Shown: positions 29,887 through 40,322 of the stretch, piece after piece
Layout of the letters: the number at the start of each line of letters is the position of its first letter
Position numbering within the stretch: the stretch's first letter is position 1
Assembly: GCA_963765575.1 (NCBI GenBank)
Contig: CAVXWZ010000008.1
Coordinates: 96,001 to 160,000 of the forward strand
DNA: 64,000 bases
Reading direction: 5' to 3'
From: an uncultured cyanobacterium
Lineage (GTDB): Bacteria; Cyanobacteriota; Cyanobacteriia; PCC-6307; Cyanobiaceae
Notes under the pieces: model-generated
The model's input: the letters and a program-made list of their open reading frames with translations, nothing else
Database searches by the model: none
Told to the model about the DNA's origin: nothing
Made by a program: the position numbers and the translations under genes

Positions 29887-32133
29887 TCAGAGCACCTGGG
29901 GGTCGGGGTCGATCGCCAGCCCCACCGCGGCGGGCAGCATCTGCCGCAGGTCCGCCTCCGCTGGCAGCGGCAGGGGGCTGGCGGCCGGTCCGTGCAGCAG
30001 CAGTTGCCAGCGGCTGCGGCCCGCCACCCGGGCCACCGGCGCCGGAGCTGGGCCGATCACGCACCAGCCCTGCAGCTGGGCGGCCGGCAGGATGCGCTCC
30101 GCCACCGCCGCCGCAGTGGTGGCGGTGGCGGCGGCGCTGGGGCCGCTGAAGCGCAGCAGACAGGCCCGGCTGAAGGGCACCAGGCCGCCATGGCGGCGCA
30201 GCTCCCCCTCCTCGGCCAGGAAGCGGTCGTAGCGGCCATCCACCAGGTGGCGGATCACCGGATGGTCGGGGCTGTAGGTCTGCACCAGCACCTCCCCGGG
30301 GCGCTCGCCGCGGCCCGCACGGCCCGCCAGCTGCAACAGCAGCTGCAGGCTCTGCTCGGCGGCGCGCAGATCCGGCCGATGCAGCAGACCATCGGCGGCC
30401 AGCACCGCCGCCAGCGTCACCTGCGGCAGGTCGATGCCCTTGGCGAGCATCTGCGTCCCCACCAGCACGTCCGCCTGGCCGCTGGCAAAGCGCTCCAGCA
30501 GGCGGCGATGGCCGTCGCGGCCGCGGGTGGTGTCGCGGTCGAAGCGCAGCACCCGCAGCCCTTCCAGTTCCCGTTCCAGCTGCTCCATCACCCGCTGGGT
30601 GCCGGCGCCGAAGGGCTTGAAGGCGCTTGAACCGCAGTGGCCGCAGCGCTCTGCCAGCTCGGCCCGGTGGTCACACCAGTGGCAGCGCAGCCATTCCCGC
30701 CCCTGCCCGGAACGGTGCACCGTCATGGCCACATCGCAATGGGGGCAGAGCACCGCCTCACCGCAGCTGCGGCAGCTCACGAAGGCGTGGTAGCCGCGGC
30801 GTGGCACCAGCACCACCGCCTGCTCCCCCTGCTCGCGGATCGCCGCCAGCCGCTCCATCAGCGGCCGGCTGAGCAGGCGGCGGTGGCCTGCGGCCAGCTC
30901 CTGGCGCATGTCCACCACCCGCACGGGCGGCAGGGGGCGGCCACCGATGCGCTGGGGCAGCCGCAGCAGGCGGGTGTCGGCCGCCGGGCCGTGGCAGGCC
31001 TGCCAGGATTCCAGCGACGGGGTGGCACTGCCCAGCACCAGGCGTGCACCGCTGAGCCGGGCCCGCAGCCGGGCCACGTCGCGGGCGTGGTAGCAGGGCA
31101 TCGGGCTCTCCTGCTTGTAGGAGCTGTCGTGTTCCTCGTCGAGCACGATCAGCCCGGGGTTCGGCAGCGGCAGGAACACCGCCGAGCGGGTGCCCACGGC
31201 CAGCAGCGGCGCGGGGTCCAGGCAGCGGCGCCAGGTGGCCACGCGGGCGCCATCGCTGAGGCCGCTGTGAAACTCCACCACCCGGGCCCCGAAGCGCTCG
31301 CGGCAGCGGTCGAGCAGCTGGGGAATCAGGCCGATTTCGGGCGCCAGCAACAGCACACTGCGGCCCTGCTCCAGGCAACGGGCCGCCGCCTGCAGATACA
31401 CCTCCGTCTTGCCCGCACCGGTCACGCCCCAGAGCAGCAGGGCCTGGCCGTCAGCTCCGCCGTCGATGGCCTCCAGGGCGGCACGCTGGGCCTGCGTGAG
31501 CTCGCGGGGGGCCGCAGCCCGGGGGGGCGGGGCGGCCGCGGGGTCTGGGGCGGCAGCTTGCTCGCGGCACACCAGACCCCGCCGCTCCAGCGCCTGCAGC
31601 ACCGATCGGCTGAAGCGGCCGCTGCCGCACACCTGGCGCAGGGGCAAAGGACGCCCGGCCTGGCGCAGGTGCGCGAGCAGCTCCTGCTGACGCTCGCTGA
31701 GCCGGTCCCCGGACCCGTCGGGCGCCGGCTGGCAGGGGCGCACGAACCAGATCGCAGCCGCGGGGCCATGGCTGGCCTGCCGCCGCTGTCCCAGCCAGCC
31801 TGGTGGCAGGGCGCTCTTGAGGGTTTTGAAGCGGCTGGTGTGGCAGCGATCCGCCACGCCGTCGATCAGCTGCTGCCAGTTGCCATCCACCGCCGCCGGC
31901 TGCAGGTGGCGCAGCACCGGCTCCAGCCGCCGCCCGGCGAGCTCCGGCGGCGGGGCGTCCAGCAGCTCCACCACCAGACCGGCATGGCGCCTGCCCTGCA
32001 GCCGCACCTCCACGAGATCACCGATGGCCAGCGGCAGCTGATCTGGATTGGCGTAGCTGAACACCTGCCCCTCACGGCCCGCTTCCAGCCAGATCTGCAG
32101 CCAATCGGGGATGGGTTTACTTGCGGAGCTCAC
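29887..32133 (-). CDS. priA: Primosomal protein N'
   Basis: WGVTGAGKTEVY, LDEEHD, LGSATPS, four CxxC pairs, GTQMLAKG, QLAGRAGR. Confidence 0.97.
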   Translation of the reverse strand: MSSASKPIPDWLQIWLEAGREGQVFSYANPDQLPLAIGDLVEVRLQGRRHAGLVVELLDAPPPELAGRRLEPVLRHLQPAAVDGNWQQLIDGVADRCHTSRFKTLKSALPPGWLGQRRQASHGPAAAIWFVRPCQPAPDGSGDRLSERQQELLAHLRQAGRPLPLRQVCGSGRFSRSVLQALERRGLVCREQAAAPDPAAAPPPRAAAPRELTQAQRAALEAIDGGADGQALLLWGVTGAGKTEVYLQAAARCLEQGRSVLLLAPEIGLIPQLLDRCRERFGARVVEFHSGLSDGARVATWRRCLDPAPLLAVGTRSAVFLPLPNPGLIVLDEEHDSSYKQESPMPCYHARDVARLRARLSGARLVLGSATPSLESWQACHGPAADTRLLRLPQRIGGRPLPPVRVVDMRQELAAGHRRLLSRPLMERLAAIREQGEQAVVLVPRRGYHAFVSCRSCGEAVLCPHCDVAMTVHRSGQGREWLRCHWCDHRAELAERCGHCGSSAFKPFGAGTQRVMEQLERELEGLRVLRFDRDTTRGRDGHRRLLERFASGQADVLVGTQMLAKGIDLPQVTLAAVLAADGLLHRPDLRAAEQSLQLLLQLAGRAGRGERPGEVLVQTYSPDHPVIRHLVDGRYDRFLAEEGELRRHGGLVPFSRACLLRFSGPSAAATATTAAAVAERILPAAQLQGWCVIGPAPAPVARVAGRSRWQLLLHGPAASPLPLPAEADLRQMLPAAVGLAIDPDPQVL

Positions 32134-32143
32134 CTCAGCTTCA

Positions 32144-32531
32144 TAGGATTGGTGCGTTGGGCAGTTCTATGACTGCCGTCGGGACCCAACAGAGTTCCGT
32201 CCAGAGGGAAGACTCGAAGAGCCATCCAGGTTTGTTGCCGTTCTCGGCATCGCTGCCCTGTGATCCCGCTCCGGTCTGCGACCACCCCTGTCGACCCTGT
32301 TGCGGCTTCGGCCACCCCGGTTTCCTGCATCCCATCCTCGGCTTGTCCCTCCGGCCTCCTCACTGCGTCATTGCCGCTATCCACGGCAGCATGGCGCGCT
32401 GATCGGCCCGGGTCCGCCCCCGGCCAACCTGTGCGGGCCTGGTTCTGATCGAGTCAGGACCTGCCGAATCTTTTGATCGTCCCTGCGGCGATCCCCCTGC
32501 CTGCCCCCCTGATCTGTTACTCCGTTCTGCG
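32144..32531 (+). promoter_or_regulatory. Putative rpoD promoter and long structured 5' leader
   Basis: TAGGAT -10-like hexamer at 32144, followed by several stem-loops. Confidence 0.4.
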
Positions 32532-33942
<1,411 letters not shown>

Positions 33943-33946
<4 letters not shown>

Positions 33947-34341
33947 GCGAGGGCCTGGCGGCTCTCCGCGGTCTGCGCAGTGCACCCCAACTCGACAGCT
34001 CCGCCCGCAGCCTCCTGAGGCAGGAGCTGCTGGCGCTGCTTGAGCCCTGCGAGTGGTTCACGGTGGGGGTGATGGCTCCCTCCGCGGCTGCTGCCCTGGC
34101 CTGCCTGCGCCATCTGGAGGCAGCCCTGGGCTGGCCCCCCCTGGAGCTGGATGGCGGCTGTGAGGCCCCCGACGCGATCGAGGGGCCGGTGTTCCTCAAG
34201 GGCAACCAGAACAACGGCCGCTTCCTGCTGCGGCGCGAGAGCGGCCTGGGGGAGGGCCTGTTGCTCACCGGCCACAGCCCCGTCGACGCCACCGCCGAGG
34301 ACACCTGGGGGCCCCTGCCGCTCGATCTGTTCGCCCCCTAG
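33943..34341 (+). CDS. DUF1824-type hypothetical protein
   Basis: [30 protein letters not shown]. Confidence 0.75.
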
Positions 34342-34447
34342 ACCTCCCGCGCCCAGCTCCCGGGCGCGCTCTGCCCCGGGTTTGTGACAGCAGCAGCCTG
34401 AACCGAGCAAGCCGCTCCTTAGGCTGGCCGGCTGTGATCTGCCTGCC

Positions 34448-35410
34448 ATGGTTCCCACCCTGCGCATTGCCTCCCGCCGCAGCCAGCTGGCCATGGTGCA
34501 GACCCACTGGGTGCGCGATGAGCTGGCCCGGGCCCATGCCGATCTCACGATCACGATCGAGGCCATGGCCACCAAGGGCGACAAGATCCTTGATGTGGCC
34601 CTCGCCAAGATCGGTGACAAGGGCCTGTTCACCAAGGAGCTGGAAGCCCAGATGCTGGTGGACCAGGCCGACATCGCCGTCCACAGCCTCAAGGACCTGC
34701 CCACCAACCTGCCCGAGGGGCTGATGCTGGGCTGCATCACCGAGCGGGAGGACCCTGCCGATGCCCTGGTGGTGCATGAGAAGCACCGGGACCAGACCCT
34801 CGCCAGCCTGCCGGAAGGGGCCGTGGTGGGCACCAGCTCCCTGCGCCGCCTGGCCCAGCTGCGCCACCACTTCCCCCACCTCACCTTCAAAGACGTGCGG
34901 GGCAACGTCATCACCCGTCTGGAGAAGCTCGACGCCGGTGGCTTCGATTGCCTGATCCTGGCCGCTGCCGGCCTTGGCCGCCTCGGTCTGGGTGATCGCA
35001 TCCACGAGCTGATCGATCCGTCGATCTCCCTGCACGCCGTGGGCCAGGGGGCGCTCGGGATCGAGTGCCGCGACGGCGACACGGCGGTGCTGGAGCAGAT
35101 CAAGGTGCTGGAGCACCTGCCCACGGCCCGGCGCTGCCTGGCGGAGCGGGCCTTTCTGCGCGAGCTGGAGGGTGGCTGCCAGGTGCCCATCGGCGTGAAC
35201 ACCCGCTTCTCAGGGCCTGACGACGGCGGTGAGCTGATCCTCACCGGCATGGTGGCCAGCCTCGATGGTCTGCGGCTGCTGCGCGATGAGGTACGGGGTC
35301 CTCAGGAGGATCCCGAGAGCCTGGGCACGGTGCTGGCCGGGCGGCTGCGGGAACAGGGGGCGGGCGAGATCCTCGCCGAGATCTTTGCCAGCGTGCGGCC
35401 CCAGGCCTGA
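34448..35410 (+). CDS. hemC: Porphobilinogen deaminase
   Basis: [41 protein letters not shown]. Confidence 0.98.
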   Translation: MVPTLRIASRRSQLAMVQTHWVRDELARAHADLTITIEAMATKGDKILDVALAKIGDKGLFTKELEAQMLVDQADIAVHSLKDLPTNLPEGLMLGCITEREDPADALVVHEKHRDQTLASLPEGAVVGTSSLRRLAQLRHHFPHLTFKDVRGNVITRLEKLDAGGFDCLILAAAGLGRLGLGDRIHELIDPSISLHAVGQGALGIECRDGDTAVLEQIKVLEHLPTARRCLAERAFLRELEGGCQVPIGVNTRFSGPDDGGELILTGMVASLDGLRLLRDEVRGPQEDPESLGTVLAGRLREQGAGEILAEIFASVRPQA

Positions 35411-35429
35411 GTGCGAGTGGGCCGCCGCC

Positions 35430-35621
35430 TCAGCAGGGGCCCGGATTGAGGGCCGAGAAGTGGGAGGGGTGCAGGAGTTCCTCGGCCACAGGGTCGGTGC
35501 GCTGCAGGCGTGCCACCAGGCGTTGCAGGTCCAGGGGCGAAAGCTCGCCATTGCTGGACCACTTCAGCACCGTGCTGGGGGTGGTGCTTCCCTCGGGCTG
35601 CTGGGAGTGGTCGCTGACCAT
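35430..35621 (-). CDS. Small hypothetical protein
   Basis: 63-aa ORF (LKWSSNGELSPLDLQRLVARL) fills the gap cleanly. Confidence 0.55.
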   Translation of the reverse strand: MVSDHSQQPEGSTTPSTVLKWSSNGELSPLDLQRLVARLQRTDPVAEELLHPSHFSALNPGPC

Positions 35622-35732
35622 GCCTGCGATCGACTGGACGAAGAAGCGCCAAGTTAAGGGATCAACACCTGAACCCCACCCGCATGGGCATGGGAGTAAA
35701 GGAAGTCTTCAGATTGTTGGCGTGCTGGCGGC

Positions 35733-36350
35733 TCAGGGCTTCACGATCACCGGCGTGCCCAGCTCCACCTGATCGAACAGCTGGCGGATGTGGGGGGTGA
35801 GCATGCGCACGCAGCCGTTGGACACCGCTGCCCTGGAGGTGACGGTCCACGACCAGGCATCGGGAGTGCCGTGGATGCCGTATTGATTCACACCGCTCTG
35901 CTTGAAGCCGATCCAGCGATCGCCCAGGGGCGCCTGGGGGCCCACCTTGCTGTTCACCTTGCCGCTGGCGGTGCTCTGGTAGATGGGGTTCGTGACCTTG
36001 TTCTCCACCGTGAAGCGGCCGGTGGGCGTGGGGGTGCTGGGGTCGCCGATGGCCACGGGCCAGCTGGCCACCACGGTGCCGGATTCCACCAGGGAGATCT
36101 GGCGACGGCCGAGCTCCAGCACGATCTCGCGTGTGAGCACCGGCGGCGGTGCGGGGGCCACGGCCGTGGCGGCCTCCGGAGTCGGTGGCTCCAGCGCCGG
36201 CTCGCCGGAGGCCCGGGCTGCGGGGGCGGTCAGCGCCGCGGCCCCCAGCAGGGCTGCCAGCAGCCAGCGACCGGCAGCTTGGTGACGCGCCGTTGGGTGC
36301 TGGGCAGCTTGGCGCCGGGCGGCCGGCTGGAGGGAGTGATCGGGGGCCAT
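35733..36350 (-). CDS. L,D-transpeptidase (YkuD family)
   Basis: Signal peptide, WPVAIG, TPTGRF, YGIHGT, VSNGCVRM. Confidence 0.92.
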   Translation of the reverse strand: MAPDHSLQPAARRQAAQHPTARHQAAGRWLLAALLGAAALTAPAARASGEPALEPPTPEAATAVAPAPPPVLTREIVLELGRRQISLVESGTVVASWPVAIGDPSTPTPTGRFTVENKVTNPIYQSTASGKVNSKVGPQAPLGDRWIGFKQSGVNQYGIHGTPDAWSWTVTSRAAVSNGCVRMLTPHIRQLFDQVELGTPVIVKP

Positions 36351-36369
36351 GGGGGGGGTGATGGGGGGA

Positions 36370-36969
36370 TCAGGCGCTGGGGCCGTTGACCAGCTGGGGT
36401 GCGATCTCGCTGTTGTAGCGGGATTCGCAGGTCTTGATCACCCGCACGGCTTCGTCGGCCTCAAAAAATCCGTTGACGCGGCAGGTTCCAGGCTTCTTGA
36501 GATCCTTGTAGTGCTCCCAGTAGTAGGTGGTCTCCTTCAGCCAGTGGGCCCCCAGCTGGGTGTGGCTGGTGATGTGATCCATGCGCTTGTCGTCGGCCAG
36601 CACGGCGATCACCTTGTCGTCCACCTCGCCGCCATCGTCAAACTTCATCAGGCCGATGATGCGCGCCTCCACAAGCGAGCCCGGAACCAGCGGTTCGGTG
36701 ACGCCCACGATCTCGATGTCGAGGGGGTCGCCGTCCTCGTCCCAGGTGCGGGGAAGGCAGCCGTAGGCAAAGGGGTAGGCGAGTGAGGAGTAGCCGACGC
36801 GATCGAGCTTGAGGTGTCCGGTTTCGGTGATCAGCTCGTATTTGTTGATGGTCATCGAGTTGAGCTCGACGATCGCGTTCAGTCTCAGTTCGGCTTCATC
36901 GGCGAAGGCCGGCAGCACGTGCAGCAGGTTGAGCATCGTGCGGCTGGGGGCGTGGTCGATGTTCGCCAT
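36370..36969 (-). CDS. ppa: Second family I inorganic pyrophosphatase
   Basis: NKYEL, KLDR, YPFAYG, DGDPLD, DGGEVDDK, HYKDLK. Confidence 0.93.
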   Translation of the reverse strand: MANIDHAPSRTMLNLLHVLPAFADEAELRLNAIVELNSMTINKYELITETGHLKLDRVGYSSLAYPFAYGCLPRTWDEDGDPLDIEIVGVTEPLVPGSLVEARIIGLMKFDDGGEVDDKVIAVLADDKRMDHITSHTQLGAHWLKETTYYWEHYKDLKKPGTCRVNGFFEADEAVRVIKTCESRYNSEIAPQLVNGPSA

Positions 36970-37027
36970 GAAGCAGCTGGAAGGGCGGGGCTGATCTTAA
37001 GGAGTGCCTGGCCGCCCCAGGCCCGGC

Positions 37028-38623
37028 TCAGCCCTCCTCCAGCAGCTGGTCCACCTTGTTGCCCAGATAGCGCAGGAAGGGGTCGGCGCTCAGGGGGCTG
37101 CCGCACACCCGCTTCACCAGCTGGGCGCCGTTGACGCTGCGGCCCAGTCCCCACACCTGTCGCCCCAGCCAGGCCTGCAGCTCCGCTTCCCCGCCGGCCG
37201 CCACGTGGCCTTCGATCGGTCCGATCTCCGCCTCCATCGCTTCGGCCAGCTGGGCGCTGATCAGGTGTCCCAGGGCATAGGAGGGGAAGTAGCCGAACAG
37301 ACCTTCGGCCCAGTGGATGTCCTGCAGGCAGCCCTCGGCGTCGCAGTGGGGGCGCACGCCCAGCAGCTCGTGCAGACCGTGGTTCCAGGCCGCCGGCAGC
37401 TCCTCCACCGGCATGTCCCGCTCCAGCAGGGCGAGCTCCAGTTCGAACCGCAGCACGATGTGCAGGCCATAGCTGAGCTCGTCGGCCTCAACCCGGATCA
37501 GCCCGGGCGTGAGCGGGTTCAGCTGCCGCCAGAACCTGCCGGCGCCGCCCCAGGCATCGGCCCCCAGCGCCGCACGGAAGCGCGGATACCAGCGCTCCGC
37601 AAAGGCGCGTCCGCGGGCCACCCGGCATTCCCAGAACAGCGACTGGGATTCGTGCACCCCCATCGAGGTGGCCTCGCCGAGGGGCCAGGGAAAGGCGTGG
37701 TCGTCGCTGCGGGGCAGGCCCTGTTCGTAGAGGGAATGGCCCCACTCATGGGCGGTGGCGAGGAAGGCGGAGTAGGGCTGGCCCGGGACCACCCGGGTGG
37801 TGATGCGGAAGTCGGCAGGGCCCAGCGTGCAGGAGAAGGGATGGGCGGAACGGGCGCGCTGGCAGCGCCTGGGGTCGTAGCCCCAGCTCTGCAGCAGCTC
37901 CACGCACAGGCCCTCCTGCAGGGCTTCGCCCAATGCGGCGGGCTCGGTCGTGGCGGCTGCCTGCGCTACCGGCGCGGGGTGGGCGCTGAGCGAGGCCACC
38001 CGCTCCAGCAAAGCGGGAATCCCGGCCTTGAGCGGGTCGAAGAGGCTCTCCAATTCGGCCTTGCTGATGTCCGGCTCGAAGGGCTGGGCCAGGATTTCCC
38101 AGATGCTGCGTCGCACCGGCTCGGCGGCCGCCAGCTGGCTGGCCTGGTCCCGGCGCAGCTGCAGCAGCTCGCTGAGGGCAGGGGCGAACATGGCGAAGCT
38201 ATTGCTGCGACGGGCCTCCTGCCAGAGGGCGTTGCCCCGGGACTGGGCCCGGACCAGGGCCTGCACCAGGGCGGGATCGAGGCAGCGTTGTCGCTTCAGG
38301 TCCAGTTGCAGCAGCTGCAGGTTGCGCTCCAGGGCCGGCCCAGCCCCGCCATCGCCCCCGCCCTCGGCGTCGAGTTCGGCTGCGACGGCGGCCACCAGAT
38401 CGGCATAGGCGTCACTGCTCTGGCGCTCGTGCAGCTGGCCGGCGAGCAGGGCCAGTTGCTCGCCCCGCCATGGGGCCCCGGCGGGGGGCATCAGGGTGTT
38501 CTGGTCGACGTAGAGCGCGCTGCTGATCGAGCCCAGCAGGCGGGTCTGGTGCAGATGGCGATGCAGGCGCTCCAGGGCCGTTCCCTGCTGGGGCATGGTT
38601 GCGATCTGGGGGAGGTTCGGCAT
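37028..38623 (-). CDS. Carboxypeptidase M32 (Taq-like)
   Basis: HPF, DFRITTR, HEWGHSLYEQ, HESQS, IRVEADE, GCLQDIHW, GYFPSYALG. Confidence 0.95.
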   Translation of the reverse strand: MPNLPQIATMPQQGTALERLHRHLHQTRLLGSISSALYVDQNTLMPPAGAPWRGEQLALLAGQLHERQSSDAYADLVAAVAAELDAEGGGDGGAGPALERNLQLLQLDLKRQRCLDPALVQALVRAQSRGNALWQEARRSNSFAMFAPALSELLQLRRDQASQLAAAEPVRRSIWEILAQPFEPDISKAELESLFDPLKAGIPALLERVASLSAHPAPVAQAAATTEPAALGEALQEGLCVELLQSWGYDPRRCQRARSAHPFSCTLGPADFRITTRVVPGQPYSAFLATAHEWGHSLYEQGLPRSDDHAFPWPLGEATSMGVHESQSLFWECRVARGRAFAERWYPRFRAALGADAWGGAGRFWRQLNPLTPGLIRVEADELSYGLHIVLRFELELALLERDMPVEELPAAWNHGLHELLGVRPHCDAEGCLQDIHWAEGLFGYFPSYALGHLISAQLAEAMEAEIGPIEGHVAAGGEAELQAWLGRQVWGLGRSVNGAQLVKRVCGSPLSADPFLRYLGNKVDQLLEEG

Positions 38624-38657
38624 GGCGAGCGCTGGGGGGAAGGGGCCTGACAGGCAC

Positions 38658-38687
38658 AAAAAAAGCTCCCGGCTGGGGCCGGGAGCT
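38658..38687 (-). terminator. Rho-independent terminator downstream of hli
   Basis: 10-bp stem AGCTCCCGGC/GCCGGGAGCT, 4-nt loop, A7 on + strand (U tract on -). Confidence 0.85.
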
Positions 38688-38730
38688 GCGGGTGGCCCGG
38701 GAAACGGGCAGAGGGGGGTGTTGGCAGGGG

Positions 38731-38874
38731 TCAGCCCAGGCCGATCTGGCTGAGGATGCCTTGGCCGGTGAGCAGCTCGGTGGCCAGGCCGATCACGAAG
38801 CCCATCATGGCCAGGCGGCCATTCCAGGTCTCGGCGAAAGCGACGAAGCCGAAGCGGGAGGTGGAGTCGGTCAT
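38731..38874 (-). CDS. hli: High-light-inducible protein (47 aa; below the ORF-track cutoff)
   Basis: MTDSTSRFGFVAFAETWNGRLAMMGFVIGLATELLTGQGILSQIGLG. Confidence 0.95.
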   Translation of the reverse strand: MTDSTSRFGFVAFAETWNGRLAMMGFVIGLATELLTGQGILSQIGLG

Positions 38875-38904
38875 GGACGTGACGTTACGAAACGTGTGCA
38901 GATC

Positions 38905-39114
38905 TTAAGCGGTTGTGAAGCCAGTGGGGTGGTTGGTTGCCGGCAGTCGGCAGCCAAGCTGAATCGCCCCCTCATCCAGCAGCCGTCCCAGACGCAGGGC
39001 CGTGGCCTCCTCCACCCGCGAGAAGCGGGCTTGCTGGGCGGTGACCCAGCTGAGCTCGTCGGGGGTGATCACCCCGCTGGAGACCGATTCAAGAAACAGT
39101 TCGCCGACCGTCAT
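38905..39114 (-). CDS. Small hypothetical protein
   Basis: 69-aa ORF MTVGELFLESVSSGVIT..FSRVEEATALRLGRLLDEG, ending 30 nt before the hli start. Confidence 0.75.
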   Translation of the reverse strand: MTVGELFLESVSSGVITPDELSWVTAQQARFSRVEEATALRLGRLLDEGAIQLGCRLPATNHPTGFTTA

Positions 39115-39290
39115 GGGATCTGCCGTGCTGGTGTTGTTACGGAACGTTAACAGTGCTGCTCATGTGCCCGCTCTGGGGCGGGCTGAGCAGGTTGCCGTGC
39201 TCTTAGGGCCTTGCGACCCAAGAACTGGGAGCCGCAGGTCGCAGTTAACACTTCGTCACACTAGGGTCAACGCTCTGCGACCTAGTCAAC

Positions 39291-39521
39291 ATGATCTTTA
39301 CAACTCTCTATCTCATCTGCTTCGCCACGTTGCTGGTGGGGGCTTTCTCGCTGATCAGCCAGAGCTACCGCCTCTCCCCCCAGCCCATGGCTGCCTCGAC
39401 CCTCGAGCGCTCCTCGGCCCAGGGCCGCCGCCATCCGGAAGCTCCCGAGCCCGGTGAGTCGGTGATGTACGTGGATCTCAGCCGCGAACGGCTGGAGCAG
39501 CTGTACCAGCAGAGTTCCTGA
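39291..39521 (+). CDS. DUF2973-type small membrane protein
   Basis: N-terminal TM LYLICFATLLVGAF, RRHPEAP, VMYVDL. Confidence 0.7.
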   Translation: MIFTTLYLICFATLLVGAFSLISQSYRLSPQPMAASTLERSSAQGRRHPEAPEPGESVMYVDLSRERLEQLYQQSS

Positions 39522-39857
39522 CCCTGCCTCGATCCCTTCAGCGGGCGGCCATGCTCTTCAGCCCTTCTGCCCCCTGCTGGTTCCCAGCCCTTCCTCTGCC
39601 CTCCAGGCTGCCGAAGTCGCCGCCCTACAGGCCACCCTGCTTTTCCTACGCGCCCAGCTATCAAGGTCAGGCTTGAGATCAAGGCCTTCTCCGCTCTGGG
39701 CATCAGCCTCTTGATGGTTCAGACGCCGGTTTTTCTGGCCGTCGCCGGCAGCGCGTCCGCCGCTGTCGCGTTCAGCCGCAGTCGGGCATCAGTGGACCCG
39801 GCATCAGTGAACCTGAAGGTTCAGCCCGGGTGACAACGTGCGCCCACTCCGGGGGCG

Positions 39858-40259
39858 TCATTCCCAGTGCACGGTCATGGGGATCGCCCCCTCCAGGCTG
39901 GCTTTCACCGGGCAACCCAGCGCCGCCCGCTGCAGGGCGCGGCGCTGCTGCTCCTCCAGCTCCTGCGGCAGGCTGATCCATACCTCCAGGGCGGCGATGC
40001 GCCGCGGCGGCTCGCCGCTCATCGTTTTCTGCACCCGTGCCGAGGTCCCCTGCAGCGACCAGCCGTGCCGTTCGGCGACGATTCCCATCACCGTCAGCAA
40101 GCAGGTCGCCAGGGAGGTGGCCAGCAGGTCGGTTGGGGAGAAGCACTCACCCCGTCCTGCGTTGTCGGTGGGGGCGTCGGTGCTGATCACCCGGCCCGAG
40201 GGGCCGTGTTCGGCTGCGCAACGCAGGCCGCCGTCATAACGGCAGGAAATGGTGGTCAT
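39858..40259 (-). CDS. OsmC-family protein
   Basis: TDAPTDNAGRG, FSPTDLLATSLATC, AALGCPVKASL. Confidence 0.92.
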   Translation of the reverse strand: MTTISCRYDGGLRCAAEHGPSGRVISTDAPTDNAGRGECFSPTDLLATSLATCLLTVMGIVAERHGWSLQGTSARVQKTMSGEPPRRIAALEVWISLPQELEEQQRRALQRAALGCPVKASLEGAIPMTVHWE

Positions 40260-40322
40260 CGCCGTGCAGGGGTGGCAGTCGCTGCAGCCACTCTGCTGGT
40301 CCCAGGGGGCGATGGGAGCGGC

